A stretch of 64,000 nt of DNA. Origin: Phoronis australis. Taxonomy: Eukaryota; Animalia; Phoronida. The stretch is taken from contig NMRA01000752.1 in NCBI GenBank assembly GCA_002633005.1, positions 102,900 through 166,899 of the forward strand, written 5' to 3'. This document shows, piece by piece, positions 1 through 14,767 of this stretch; the stretch's first letter is position 1; each line of letters starts with the position of its first letter. The notes beneath the pieces were generated by a model. The model ran no database searches. It was not told the origin of the DNA and saw only the letters and a program-made list of their open reading frames with translations. The translations under genes and the position numbers were made by a program.

Positions 1-889
1 CACTCCGATTTTGGTAGATTTTTTTTCTGACACCAAGGGATGCTTGAAGATGCCATTTATGCAAAAAAAACCTTCTGTTGCAATTTTTTCTAGGTTGGGC
101 CCTCTGGAGCCCTAGAATGACTGGACTGTTTCACCTCCGTGGCCACTTTCTGGGCACAACGGGAACTTTGCATTAAACCAATCTACAGCTGTTCAAAAGT
201 CAATTTCAAAAAAGTTCCCAAGAGTGCACATGCACGTTTAGTAGGAATTTTAATTTAAAAGCTGGGAAAAATATAACATCAACTAATATGTTAGCCACCA
301 GGTGTCAGTGCAAAATGATCCAAACAGCCAATCAAATGCCCGGAAAATATTGTGTCCATACCTTTCCCCTTCAAAAGTCGTCTGCTTGGCATGAAAACAT
401 TCATCAGAGGACAGTCAGCTGATGTTATCCTGCTGGCTAAGCTAGCTTGTTTACTGCTACTGACTACATTGGATAGTGTTAATGCTTAGATGGGTGTGCA
501 AGTAATAGGCATATACCAAGGGCCAAGGCTCAAAAACCAGCAGGCAGCAGTTAGGAATTGAGGAAAGCCAAATCAAGTGGCTACGAGTGTCATTGTACTG
601 AAACAATTCTTGGCACATTCCTGAATCATTTCGCGTTTTGCAAAGAATAGTTTTGGGACAGCTAAGGCTCTGCTGAAACCATGAATTATTGAACTAGTGT
701 GCAACTTCACAAATAGACTGGCAAGATGTCTGCCCCTTGTTGCATTCATGTGTTAGCTTCTGCTCAAATTTCTGAGCTGGAATTTTCAGATATTACCTGG
801 TCTAAGGCTACTGCAAACAAACGTATCAACATTGAGTGCAAGAGAAGTATCATTGCTGATAAGTTTTTAAGTTTTCGTAGCCCTAAAAA

Positions 890-1905
890 CATCAACATAA
901 ATGAAACATGTGTAAAACTGCTGCAAAAAATATATACAGATGCCACCACCAGAATACACATCGACAACCACGTCTCTGAAAGATTCAACATAGAGAAAAG
1001 AGTTCGACAGGGAGACCCAATTTCACCTAAACTGTTTACACTGACAATGGAAGAGATGTTCAAATCTTCAGACCTTCAAAGGGGAGTAAACATAGACGGA
1101 GAACATCTAACAGACCTAAGATTTGCAGATGATGTTGCTGTGTGCACAGAAGACCTAACACAATTAGAAACAAATTTAAATATACTGAATGAAGAAAGCA
1201 ACAATGTGAGATTAAAGATACACAAGGACAAGACAAAGTACACGACAAATTTTGAAACAGATGAACAAATAATGGTGGAGAACAAGATCATTGAAAAAGT
1301 CACACAATATAAATACCTGGGACAAACTATACTAATGGGAACCGTACGACCAATGAAATACAAATCCGAATAAGGCCTGGATGGAGTTGCTTTGGAAAAA
1401 ACAGAGAAACATTCCAAGATAAGAACCTACCCATATCCCTGAAAAGAAAAGTATTTGACCAGTGCATCATCCCCACAATCACCTATGGATGCCAAACATG
1501 GACCTTAACAAATCAGACAATTGCCAAGCTAAGAACAACACAGAGAGCAATGGAGAGAAAAATGCTTGGAATAAAATTACTAGACAGGATTCCACACACA
1601 GAGATAAGAGAACAAAACAAGAGTCATGGATATAATCAAGGCAATTCTGAAATTGAAATGGAGGTGGAGAGGACACGTGGCCTGAGCACAGGACAACAGA
1701 TGGACCAAAGGTGCACGGAGTGGCAACCCAGATATGGAAAGAGGTCAAGAGGACGGCCCCAAGCCAGATGGAGAGATGACATCGTGAAAACGAAAGGCAC
1801 AACATGGACGAGAGCAGCAAGAGACAGGACAAGTTGGAAGGCATTGTCGGAGGGCGACATCCTGCAGTGGATGGACAACGCCTAGGTGAGATGAGATGAG
1901 ATGAG
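890..1905 (+). mobile_element. 5'-truncated RTE-clade non-LTR retrotransposon (RT C-terminal half, frameshifted)
   Basis: ORFs 726-1373 and 1550-1885 carry VRQGDPISPKLF, LRFADD, YKYLG, MERKMLG and RPQARWRDDI, and end in a (GAGAT)n tail at about 1888-1905. The 5' boundary is approximate. Confidence 0.9.
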
Positions 1906-2243
1906 CTCTGAAGTACCCCATGAATTTTAATAAATGTCCACATTCTCAAAAACTCAAGCCCCCCCATTTTTAGTCTTGGTGCACGCATGCTTCTATCACA
2001 CTTAACAGAGGTAACAAAAATTGAAAGAGCTCTTAAAAAAGAAAAAAAAAACAAGCTAATGATGGAAATAATGTTGAGCCCTTAGAAAATTAAGGAGATT
2101 GTCAATGTCAGTTACATGTAAATATACATTATATGTCTTGCCACCACCATGAACCATTTGCCACAAATCAAATTTCACAGGGAAACTTCACAAACAAAAG
2201 GAAAGTTAAAAACCTATCCCAGTTACAAACATTCAATTGTTAA

Positions 2244-5200
2244 GAGACAGTCCATATAAAAACCAGTAGATTTTCAAAAATCAGTCTATACGTCAAAATT
2301 TAAAATAACTTCATTTTTTGTACATGAGTAGGTATCCTAACATAAATCCAAATGCCAAATTTTGTGCACTCAATGACTCCTAATTTCGCCGCTGGAGCAT
2401 GATAACACAAATTGGCACAATTGGGCATATTAGCTGTCTCAAAAATCGCATGCTTTCAGCAACAAAAATGAGTAACATACAAAATAGATCGAAAGCTATA
2501 TTTTGGTGGTTGGAATAACCAACGTATACTGTACATAATTATGTGCCATTTATCAAAATCTGACAGTTTTGTGCTAGACAGGGGAGATAATCCACAGACC
2601 ACTTTTGGGGGCTAATTTTAGTGGCCATTTTTGTGACCTTCTCACTGCCATAAAACACCTTGTAGCCTTATGTGACGTTTTGAACGTACAGTTAAAGAGT
2701 TAGTCTTGATGACTGAGCAATAAAAAATCTTGCCTCAACTTTGCACCTTAGTGAAAATTGTCTTGCAAAACTGTCTATTTTCATAGTTTGGAAATGACGA
2801 ACAGACTTTACAGACCATTTGAACAAACTTTTAGGCAAGAAGTCTGCTTTAAATAGTTATAGAAACCAAGTCTAAACTCTTTCAAATGAAAACAAGATGT
2901 TTTCCGGATTTATTACGCGGCTAGTATCAAAACTGAACCCGATGACCTTTGCCCACCTTTGAGGGAGTCAGTTGAGGTTAAGCTTGAGGATATATAAAAA
3001 AGGTACGTGTAACCCTCTTGTATTCTTTCATTTCTTTTGCATTATCAGGTTAATTTAAACACCCTGTAGAAATTTTAAATGGAAATACATGTAGATGCCT
3101 TTAAGATTAAACGAGAATGAATTGATAGTTGTAATGACTGGTTTTGAGAGAAGCAAGCGCATTTTAAAAAGACAAAATGGCGGACGATTTCGATGGGCCT
3201 TCATGTTCCTTTAGAGTTTATTCTGCAAAAAATCCGATCACAAAAGCTTTGTGCTTTAGTGAGTTATGTCAAAGACACCACTGAACATTTGCGATACAGG
3301 AAACTACCTCATAAAACAAGGCCTGTGCCAGAGTACGCACTCGTACTACCCAGATTCGGTGAATTTCTGACTGAACAGGACCAGTCATGGAAGAGTCAGG
3401 TAATGCTGGATGTTACTACTCTGCTCCTCTCCTCCTGAACGTAGCAGCCTTGTCAAATTCTACCGGCATTTCTGTTTCGAGATATGACTTAAGTAAAAGT
3501 CAGAATGGAAAGGATCTCTGTGATGGCAAGATCGCTCCACTCAAACAACATGCAAAGTACTTTGCAACCGAAGGTAACAATATCATAAAGTTTCTGGATT
3601 TGAAAGAAGCATTACTTTCCACTGGCCATGTGAAGGGATGTTATGTGTATGCATGTTCAGTCAATGCAACAAAGTCTTTTCCAAAATACTCAGTTCCTGG
3701 TATAAGCACATTCAAAAATTCCCACTATTCCACCCAAGGAATTCGCGTGTGGAAATCATTCCATGCAGGTGACGGTAAGTTCGTACAAGTACTGGGAAAA
3801 TGGGAAACCTATTTCTCTAAAATACACTAACATCTCTAGACGTGGCGGATTTTCATTACCAAGAATTAAGGTTGGCATTGTATCTAGTGAAGAGCCTCAA
3901 CAAAGTTCCCTTGTACCCAGCAAGGTTACTCGAATTTTTTCTTGCTACAGACGTAGAACTAGGTCAGCATTTGGATGTGGGTAACTACACTGAACATTTA
4001 CAGAGGGAAACCACGTATGACCACATCGCACGGCAGTGGTCAGAAGTGCTTTCAGATGCAAGAACCGGAGCGTCATTTGAGGCAGCCTCAGAGTACTATT
4101 TGGATGAGACGAATGATGAAGCAATAGGTTAGGCATTGAAAACAGGTAACGTGTCAACAAGATTTTAAGCAAAGGTAAAGAACTTTGTGACGAACATATT
4201 CGATGAAGGAGATAAGTCAGGTAAAAACGTTCACCCTCGGAAGACCCAAAATGGAGAAAACATTACGAGAACCCACTGGTAAAGTGTTTACCTGTGATAT
4301 TAAGTGAATCGCATATTGGTGGATTTTTTCGAGGTTGTCTGCAGCAATGTTTATGACGATGCAATTTCTGCTGAAGATGTTGTTATATCGTTAGGTTTAC
4401 TGAATGAAGTGGTAAATGAGCTCAACGTTTAGCCTAGTTTTGTATCATACCAGTCAAAGATGTGTGATATATGAAGTCGAGACCGTTACTTCTGTTTACT
4501 TCATGTCTGTCATGAATGAGTCATTAAAAAATTGTCTCTCGTGAATCATTTTCTAATGACTGTGAATGTGTACCTTTTTATACCACTGATGATCACACTG
4601 ACAGAAATATTCAGCGTTAGGGTGCCCGGTGTGTGGGGGGAACACCAGATTTCTGGCGACTGGTGGCGACTAATATTTGTAGAAACCAGCAGGGACATTA
4701 CAATATGAACCCAAAGTTACAATGACTATTGACAAGTTGAAAGATTTTTTGCACTGAACACTAGGGGGGCCATATCCACCTTGGGTGCCATCCTTTGCCT
4801 GTGGCACCAACAAGGCAGATAGAAAACAAGGCAGGGGTGAGTTCAGTAACACTAGAACCTCTTTAAAATTTATCCAAAACCACGTGTTCTCATTTGAAAT
4901 GCAGGGCAATATCTCGCGAAGTCTTGAATTATAGTAAGGTACTCGTGTTACTGCTCTTATTCTAGATGCGTCTTCAGTCTCTACGCAAACAAAAGCAGCG
5001 CCATCTACTCATTTAGAACCCCGCATGCCAGTTGATTTACGTTACATATTTTTTGTAATAAGCAATAATCATCAATGCCGTTTTCAGAGAATGGTAATTA
5101 ATAATGCTGTCTGCCTTTTCTCCAAAAACAAGGTTTTTATTTCGTGTTTCGCAAGCTAATTATATGTTCCAAGAGCCCCCTATTGGCAGCAGAGGCAACT

Positions 5201-5746
5201 GAGAACATGCAAAAAGGACGAAGTGCATTTCGTGTAATGCTTCGTACGCATAAACTACATTACAGGCAAGATTTTTTATTTTAGATTATAAACAGGTTAG
5301 GAATGACTAAACAAATTATTATAAAGTCAATTTCAGAAAAGGTGCGTTATGGCTTCTACAGAGTGCCAAATTTGGCCGAAAATGGCTTCAGTCAAAACCT
5401 GAAAAATAGCCGTTTTTGCCTCACAAATTCAAAACGCACAAATTTAAAAATGGATTTTGAAAATGATGCCGTTGAATTATTCAGCCACTGCGCTTTCATT
5501 TCGTATTATTAATTTGTTTTGACCTTACCACACATGCTAGTAAAATGCATTCAAACAGGCCTACTTCAACGCCCAATTTTGTTGCAAAATGGAGGTACAG
5601 GTCATAAAAAGAAAAATAATGAATGAAAATTCTTAAAAAGTGAGGTTTTTCTACATCTCAACAAACCAAATTCATGTGCTAAGTTTCAAAAAAATCGGTG
5701 ATTTTGAGTATAGACTCTACCTGTTGGTTTTTATATGGAGTCACTC
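2244..5746 (+). mobile_element. Decayed TIR DNA transposon, Sola3-like
   Basis: Left end TTAA|GAGACAGTCCATATAAAAACCA and right end TGGTTTTTATATGGAGTCACTC|TTAA are imperfect TIRs with GAG...CTC termini and a TTAA TSD, the Sola3 signature. A transposase remnant lies inside. Confidence 0.7.
3190..4300 (+). pseudogene. Fragmented DDE transposase of the Sola3-like element
   Basis: Broken ORFs 3193-4132. The segment SRYDLSKSQNGKDLCDGKIAPLKQH resembles a GKxxCD transposase motif. Boundaries are approximate. Confidence 0.55.
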
Positions 5747-6599
5747 TTAATACGCCTACATATTCTTAATTTGAAAAGGTGTCATTTATGGTAAATAATC
5801 TTTAGTTTATGTCACAGAACAAAAACTATTTTGCTTGATAAATTTGTAGTAATAGTGGTCTCAATCTCAAATGTAGTGGCAGTAGTTTTTACCAACGTGT
5901 GAGTGATCAGCACAGTGTGACTGCTTTTTATTAACTTCTAAGCCTATTTTGAGATCCTTTTATGTAGAATCATGAGCAGTGATTGGAGTTTGAGAAATAT
6001 AAAAATGGAAATATTGCCTGTGTTCTGTAATTTATTTATCTTGAAAATTCAAATGTTGCGCAGATTTCAGAATCTCACATTTTCAAGATTCTTGAATTGG
6101 AGATTTTAGAAAAGAAAAATTTTTTACTCTTCCAATTACGTGCTATTTCAAACAGGAAGCGTCAAATGAAATTTTAGCTCTACGGTAAAGAAGACGCTTT
6201 TCAATTTCAAACAAAAATATTGCCAACATGACCATTCCTCTATTTTTCAAAGGCTGAACTACTGTATTAAGGATGATAAAAATGTTTCTATGTTTTAAAT
6301 TGTTTGAAGGCAGCTGCACAGTGCAATCAATGCTAATAATGATGCTCATTTCTCTTAATGCTTATTTTTGTTCCTGAGCACTTAGACAAAATGAAATTCC
6401 AGTTGTTGGCCACAGTGTGTGCCAAGGTGAAGAGCATTTTGGTTATCTATTTCAGTTAAATAGGATTACTGTAGCAAGGTGTTTAGATAAAACGGTATTT
6501 AGGTTGTCAAAACTTTTTTTTTAATTTGGGTAGGGTGCAGGCTTGCAGAGATAATTTTTTAACTTTGTCTTTGCCATTAAAGGTGGGCTCAAAATTTGT

Positions 6600-7739
6600 G
6601 TTTCCTGGTTAACTCATTAAAGACATTGAACGGTTTGTATGCAAACTGTACAGCGAGTCATCAACAGTTAATAAAGCACGCCACCACATATTCAGGTTGA
6701 AGTCTGTGATCTGCCTCCTCATCATGATTGTTTGCTGCTACATCCTAAAAGAGCAAACTACCAGTGTGCCATTCAAAAAGGAGCCTTGCAACAGCATATC
6801 AGTGCACCATGTCCAGCTGCTAATGGGTGACTTTTGGAGCGGGGTATTCTGATGCTCCAATGGGTGACTCTGCCTTCAGCCCCAGAAAATGCCATGAAAA
6901 TGCTTTTTAATGGCAAGTGTAAAAGAAGTTGTAATAAAAAGGTGCTCTTGTTTGAAGTCAGGCATACCATGCTCTAAGTTGTGTGAATGTCCAGACTGCG
7001 TGTGAACACGTTGTCTCAGTCAAAAAAAAACTTTTGATGACAATAATGATATAAATGATGATGGAGTAGATGAAGAAACATAATAAGTGTATGCTATGTT
7101 GTTAAAGAACTTTAAATTTTCAACCTAATGGAGAATATTGACAGCATCTTTTTTCGTGCTCATGACTGACACTGCTCGGTGTGTCGTTCCCTGTGACAGT
7201 TGAGGGATAATGTTAAGTAATTATGACAATTAATGAAATTGATGAGAGAAAATGTGTTGCAGAAGCATTGGAAATGTGTGGTATTTACATGTAGGTTGTG
7301 ATGTCAAATCTTTATCAAGTTCCGTATGGTTAACAGTATAGTTCTTTTTCTAGTTCAGGATATAGTAGTATGTTTTCTGGCCAACAGGAGGCGCTGCTAA
7401 ACGTTTACTTTTTCTCTTTTCCGAGCAATTTTCCAACTAATGTCACAATATTTATCGCTTTCCTTGCTCAATAATTTCAAATGAACAAAACCCAATCAGA
7501 TTATCATTCAGTTTTTGTCTAGTGTTGTTGCTTTTTGAAGATTGGTTTTCTGTGTCAAATTTTGCAAAAAGTCAGATTTTTTGGGGCCAAATTTCTCGAA
7601 AACGTGCAAGTCAAACCTTGGGAACTTTTTAGATTCTTAAAGTATACTACTTAATTACCTTAAAAACACCAAAATTATCTTGCCCCCAAAAAGTGGTCAC
7701 GGAAGTGATTTTCTAGGCTTCCTAGAGTCGAATGGACTA
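6600..7739 (+). mobile_element. 3' remnant of an Academ-like DNA transposon
   Basis: About 6710-6775 translates as LPPHHDCLLLHPKRANYQCAI (LPP..D.L..H.KRANYQ C-terminal motif), followed by a Cys-rich and acidic tail. The putative terminus is ...GAGTCGAATGGACTA. Confidence 0.5.
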
Positions 7740-10700
7740 TGGCCTATGTCTGTATTTGTTATTATTATTATTATTACTATCGCACAGTGTCTGGTTGATC
7801 AAGAGTGTCCTTAACACAAAGCTTCGTTAGAAATAGTTTGTTGAATTAGAACAGAAATTTGAGCAAAAGTAACATAACCGGAATGTTGTTTGTCAAAAAG
7901 TACAGCAAAGCTAGTGAGAATTGGGCCTACTGTACTCTAGAAATTTAACGATTTAATCAGTTTACGGAAACTAAAGTATAATGGCACACTACAATCATTA
8001 TTTCTTTATTCAGCACTCTCAAGTCACCACAAAATTTTGGATGATATGCTTCACCCAAGTGTCACATTGCTTTCGTATTTCATGCTTCAATGTCATATTG
8101 GGTCAGGGGCAAGTTTTAGTCAAAAATTGGTCTAGGTGCATTGCTTATCCCAGGCCATCAGCTGTAGCTGAGTCCAAGCCAGCTACAGCTTCTTTCAGTA
8201 AAGTAAATTTTATGTAATCAGGGCCCTTCAAAAAGATCTCTGCAGTGTAGGCTTTTTACAGCATACTTCACGAATTTTTGTCCGACCTGTCGATGACAGG
8301 CCGTCGACCGGTCGTCTAGCCGACCAGCAGCCGACCAACAGTGGTAGACTAGGAGCCGTCTGCTGAGTCGCCTCTGTGGTCGGCACTTGGGTCGGCTAAG
8401 TGGTCGCTAAGCGTAGATGACCATTTTATGACTTAGCGGGTGATTTTTGGACAAACAAACATTAACTGTTCGCTGTTCGTTTACCAGTGGCAACTCCGGT
8501 CTTGACATCGGTTTATAAACTTTTGTTCAACTTTTGAATGGAAGTACATGTAAAATCGAATCAACCTACAAATACGAAGTGCGTTAAATTACACCAGCCT
8601 AAAACCTTATGTTGAATTAATGACAGCCTGGTAAAATCAAACGTTAAGTGATATTGCGGAGGCATAATTTCTAACTTTTGATATGAGACTTTTTATATAG
8701 TACATTATGCATTAAAACAAGCACGAAATTTGAAATTTACAGCAAAATTGCATGAAAATCAGAATACAACACTGGATATTTTACGACCTCATATGTTTTC
8801 ATGCCGCGGAATGCTCAACAAGCAGCACGCATTTGCGCTCATCCGTTATTGCTCTTGATCATCACTTCATCACGCTGTATTTTGCGCTTTACCACAGATA
8901 ATTATTGTTTATTTGTGTATAATTTCTTAATATGTTGGTACAGCAATAGAACCCAAGTTTATTTTAGGAACAACATAAACAATGGCTTGAACATAGCGCC
9001 GATATTAAATCATGGGCGCATGAAAACGGAAGACTGTGATCGGTTTATAGTGTCATCCATCATCATTTTGAAATTGTTGTCACTTTCGCAGTAAACAAAT
9101 TTTCGAAGCTAGGACCTTCCTATGTAGCCAGTTAGCTGTGAAGACTATTTTCAAAATATAGTAAGGTGCCACTGCGTATTGAGCTCAAACAGACCTCGAA
9201 ACTTCACACAGCCCGGATAGTTACGCTTGTCACCTCCTCGAAAAGCTTGTATCAACATGAGATCAAGACCGGCGAGTCTGCATGCAAATTCTGGAAGTCA
9301 ATTGGCATTCAAGTTGCCCGTTACGGCCGTGTAAGCGAAAAACATCCGACGTCATCTTCTTGCGTAATTCTCTGCCTTTTGTAACGAAAAAACGTGTGTC
9401 GTCGTTTTGAAATTAGTTCATTCGTGACACGAGCCACTTTCAAAATGTTTTCGACATCTCCCGTGACAACATTTCAGCAAAATTTGTTCTAAAATTCGGT
9501 TCACTGATATCAAAATTCCAAAAACATGTAATGAAGTGAAACCAATTCTGACCATTTATCGTGATGTTTACGCAACCTCGAGGGAGAGCGTTTGATTGAA
9601 GAATCTGGGAAAAAGAAACTGGCTAATAGGTGACGCAATATTTCATTGCGTCCAAAGTCGACGCAAAAGAACACACCATAATTTTAGCAGCAGAATAATT
9701 GTCGAAAACCAATTTTTGCAACGCTGGTAAATAATTTAGATTACTCTAGGAAGATTTTATTCGGTCAGTTTTTACCCACAACGGCGCAAATTTGTATATT
9801 CAATTTAGTAAACAGCTTCGCACCAAGGCTAGAGCCTTCCGAGCCCTTTGGCGTAAGAACAAAATACTTGGCGTTTCGCGTATACTCTAAGGGGTAAAAC
9901 TTTGAAAATAATATTTTCGGGGTAACCTGGTACATGTAATCCTAAAAAGTAGTCTGTGTTTTCATGTAGAGCGTAAAAATTATTAACCTAGTGATTCAAA
10001 AAGAACACTCTCGCGAACGAAAACGCACACAATTTTCAGCTCTATTACCCTAGTTAAAAACAACTTCTATAAGTTTATTGCGTCGGATTCTAGTGATCAC
10101 CAGGGTCAAAACTTTTAAGGGGGCGCAATTTCAAACCTTTGGCATGACTCTGTGATATAAAAATGGAATTAGACCGACTTTAATTCATCAGCAATGTAGA
10201 CACAACAGTTAAAGACACTGACTGCGTTTGTTAACGTCTTGTGGCAATGATAAAAATAAATGTTTCTACTATGATTGATAACAAGTTTTACTCTGATGAG
10301 GTATGATGCAATATGCATGTCTAATATGCAGATCGGCAGTTGCAAAAATATTTACTGGGTTTAATGAATCCGTTTGATATGAACCACTGCAAAAGTATGA
10401 TTACTAATTGTACATTTGAAGCACGCCTCATTAGAATAAAAACATACACATGCTTGATGATCCTGGGAGTACCTCTATTACAGACATGAATGAAGATATA
10501 TAGTTGTTACGCCATAGAGGATAATAACGCTTACATAATATCCCACTGAACCATCTACATCAGGCATATACAAAGGATACAGTATTTCAAAAGAATCCAC
10601 AACTACTCGTTTTTCGTAGTCATAACTACTTATTTTTCACAGTATTACTAAATCACGAACACCTAGATCTATTTAAGAAGTTACACAGTACGCTGCTACA

Positions 10701-13574
10701 CAACCTGCTCTCCCACATTTATGGGAGGCCTAATTTGCAAAATTCAACGACATATATTTTCCATGCAAGATTGAAACAAAGCGAAGCATGTTAACTCTCC
10801 AGGACCAAAAATAAATATCTCAAAACCAGAAATTTTACTTAAGCAGGAATTAAAACAATCCAATACATTGTGATTGTTTTCACACAGAAGACCAAAAAAA
10901 CAAATAAAGACCAAAATTCACCACGTCAAGACTGAAATCTATCACATCAGCACCTATAATTTATCAAGTGAGGACTAAAAATCCTTCACTTCAGCATCAA
11001 AATAAAATACGACCGAACTGAATATTTAATAAGCCAGGTTCAAAAACTTACCACGTCAGTAACTTTACACGCCAGAACACCACGTCACCATCCCCAAGCA
11101 TTGATCCTTCAAAGCGATAATGTCCGTACTATACGTATAAACAAGGGCTAAATGTTCAACCTCTTATCGACGAGACCTATTATCTTGGAAATGCGGTTGA
11201 ATTTATTTCGTCTAATCCACGTTTTACAATAGATGCCAATGTATAGGTACACACTTTATTGGCGTCATTGCATAATGGGTGACCACGTAGCCTCCGGGCA
11301 TGAAAACAATTCACTCCTGGCGTGATAAGTTTTCTGATGCAATAAATCCTGGTTGTCTATTGTTTTTGATTCTACAGAGATTTCAATTCCGGAATAGAAA
11401 ATGCGTGTACTGGATTTTTCCGCTTCAACTTTCCATTCAGCTAACTAGTGCACAGCACAGTGTTTTTACTATCCCGTGGCGGCTCCACTGCAACGAATTA
11501 CTTCTGGTACAACCTTCCGTAAATGACGTTCGTATTTTGCACATTTCTTCGGGGTAACAGTTTTCCAAGAGCTATATATTCATTAGACAAGTTTCTGTGT
11601 GGCATTCGGTTTTATTTTCTTTCTCAGGTAGTCCTTGAGCTCATGCTCAGAATATTTTGAAAACGCAACTCTTTCTTTACGCAGATACCGTTTTCTGCCC
11701 GTGGGCACCGACTCGCTGAATTCATCAACCAAACATTTATTTTTGAAAATGCCCTCAAAAGGGTACTTTTAAAACACAGTGTTGACCATAGTCGTCAGTG
11801 TAAAAAAGCGAAATGAACAAATTTGTACACACTGCTCAAGGCACTGTTGTGGACATACGGAAACGCCAACGTCTCTGTCTTACAACGCTCCGTGTGCTTG
11901 GCATATCTGATGAAGCGTTCTCATGCTGGAAACTTTTTTAAGACTGAACACCGTTTCAAAAAATTATATTTTTTCTTACAGCTGAGCACAGAATAATTAT
12001 TGTGCGATTTTAGGACTGAAACGGAACCAAATCTCGAGTGGTGACTCATTAGAATGGACAAAACTCGGGGAGGGGTGGCGATACAAGCAAGATTTTTTAT
12101 TTTCGCGCCAAACATGTAGTTGCCACTTCTCATTTAGCGTCACTTGCTACCTAAGGTGGCCAGATCATACGCTGTAAATATCACCAGACGCTTTGCTTCT
12201 CAAAAGTGCACCTTGATGTATTTTCTACCATTTTTGCCATCGCAATCGCTTTACCAAAGATTCACGCACATATGCCGCGTAGAGACAAATGCCTCTTCAC
12301 CACGTATTCACATCTTCCCGTTCACAATTGTTTTATTTTACATAATTTGTCAATATGATGTTGACAGAAAATATTTATTTTTGGAACAACGTGAACGACC
12401 AACTGATAGTGGCCTACGTGTCCATGTAACTAGCCCAGATTTTAACGTCACCGATACATGAAAACAGAATGCGCAAAGCTACAATTGACTGAAGCCTCAA
12501 CAGTGGCCATTCCGTGTTTGATGTCACCGTCTTAGTTCGTGGAAATCGTAACCATAGTATGAATTCGAAGTTAGAGCCATCTACGTCCGTGGGTTTAGGG
12601 CATTCTGGACAGTTAATTTCGCGCCTGTACTGCAAGGGTCAATACTATGAAAGTAAAATCCCCGGATGTTAGAACTCTTCGCGGTGTAATAACTCACCCA
12701 CTAATCCATCATCATGGGCGCGTAAATAGGAGACCGGTGAATAACTTAAAAAACGCAAAAATGATGCAGTTTGACGTTACACAAACAAAATCAATTGTGG
12801 GCGAAGACTGCGAAAAATAGCCGCGTTTACAAAATGTCTACAGCGTTGTATTGACCGGGAACATAACACTAAAACCTCGTGAGAGACCGTCTCGAGTTGG
12901 CAGCTCGAGCAACTCGGGGCGGTCTGGGATCAAGAGAAAAACCACAGGGTAGATCTCTGGTCGACAGATCTATTCGGTCGATTACATTTTATTGCCCGTG
13001 AAGGCTGCCTGAAGAAATATGACTCGCGCGTTTGTATTTTCGCCTTTCTCAACGACCTGTAAAAGATTCATCAACAAATTCCTCGTAAAACTCTAAAAAC
13101 AAGCGTTTTTCTCCCACGAAAACCGATGAAGTTTTGGCTGAGATATTTCACTTTCAGTCCAGGCTAGCCCTGCACACTGGAGAATCGTCACAAAAAATTA
13201 CTACGCGGTAATGCGGTTTCACTGTCAACAAAGGAAGGCGTCAAAATCGACTTATAATTGACCTATCGCCAAGATTATGACGGACGGCTTAATTGACCAA
13301 TCAGAACAAAGCATTCTTGGCACACCTTCGTCTGCGTTTCCAAGCCGCCATTATACCCGACAAACCACACGTAGTCGAGTAAAACTTACTTTAGTCTATA
13401 GATCAAGAAATTGTCCGCTAAGAATGGGGAAACGGTGTTAATATGGCGTGTGTAGCACCGACAGCCGCTATGCTGCTCCAGAATAATATCCCGTCATTTT
13501 TTGGCATGTCCTAAGCCGAAAACTGATGTTGAAAAGCTTAAACTATGGATCAAACTGTAGGCCCTTACAAACAT

Positions 13575-13895
13575 GAACTTAAGTTTTCATCGAAAAACTT
13601 AAGTTTTTGGTGTGAAAAACTTAAGTTTTCATTCACGAAAACTTAAGTTTTTGACGAAAACTTAAGTATTTTGGAACAAGTTTTTTGGAACGAACTTAAG
13701 TTTTCATAACTAAAGTTTTGAAAACTTAAGTTTTTCAAAAACTTAAGTTTTCTGAAAACTTAAGTTTTAAAAACTTAAGTTTTGGAACAAGTTTTTAGTA
13801 ACAAACATAAGTCATCAAAACTTAAGTTTTTGAAAACTAAGTTTTCCGAACATAACTTTTCAAGGAACTAACTTTTGAAAACTGCAGTTTTCTAA
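13575..13895. repeat. Array of palindromic AAAACTTAAGTTTT units
   Basis: Many perfect and degenerate copies of the 14-bp palindrome, separated by short variable spacers and decaying towards the right. Confidence 0.9.
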
Positions 13896-14767
13896 AAGCA
13901 ATAAGTTTCAATAAGACAGGCATTCAAAAATTTCGACTTTCACTAAAACAAGAGTGGAGTACAGTTACAAATTTAATGATTCTGATAAAGATTTAACAAA
14001 CTAGACTTCTATTAACATTTCATTAACAGTGATTATTTGCAGAAAATAAAATGCACTTCCTAAAATACACTAGATCCTTAAAATAAGTGAACATAAGTGA
14101 AATATCAAAATCTTAAAAACCATTTCAAAAATCAGTTCATCAAGAGTCATGCATACAATGCAGTGAAAACTAAATGAGGGTAATAATATAATTGCATCGT
14201 TCTCAGTCTGTGACAATTATGCGATAACTGAGGGAGAAAAATGGAGTGTACAAAAAGAGAAATCACTATCAAATCATGAAACACAACCAAAGAAAATGTG
14301 GTTACATAGCCAGGAAGGACTACAACAAAAGTCTACATTTCAACAGCAGACTTTTTCGACTAAAATTAAAGCAATGACACCAAGAATAACAAATCACTTA
14401 ATATGCAAAATCCAAGAATATCCGCAGAGACAAAAGCATAACATAAAACGTAACAGGTAACTAAAAGTTTATCGACAATGGCCACAGATCTGATTTTGGG
14501 AAGTACAATACTTATACTAGAAATAGTGCTTAGAATCACTTGTAATTGTTTTCAACCTTAAAAATATCAATTTAAAAGTCAAAGTTTCGTTTTCGTGACA
14601 ATTATAATAACAGAAAATCCAAAACACTCCATGGTGCGAACAAGTTTCACTAAAAGTAAGTACAACCTGGTTATACGAGATGAAAATTAGAAAACTTAGA
14701 CCTTTGACCACAAAAATATTCTTTTTCCTTTACTTTAAAGCTACTGAACTTCATACACATATCTATA

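Noticed and set aside
1-130. Possible Academ-like terminus
   Set aside because: The partner end is outside the window and the resemblance is too weak to call.
726-889. N-terminal part of ORF 726-1373
   Set aside because: It is a chance open frame in flanking DNA upstream of the truncated RTE copy.
13575-13895. CRISPR-like appearance of the palindromic array
   Set aside because: The repeats are only 14 bp, the spacers are short and irregular, there are no cas genes and the context is eukaryotic.
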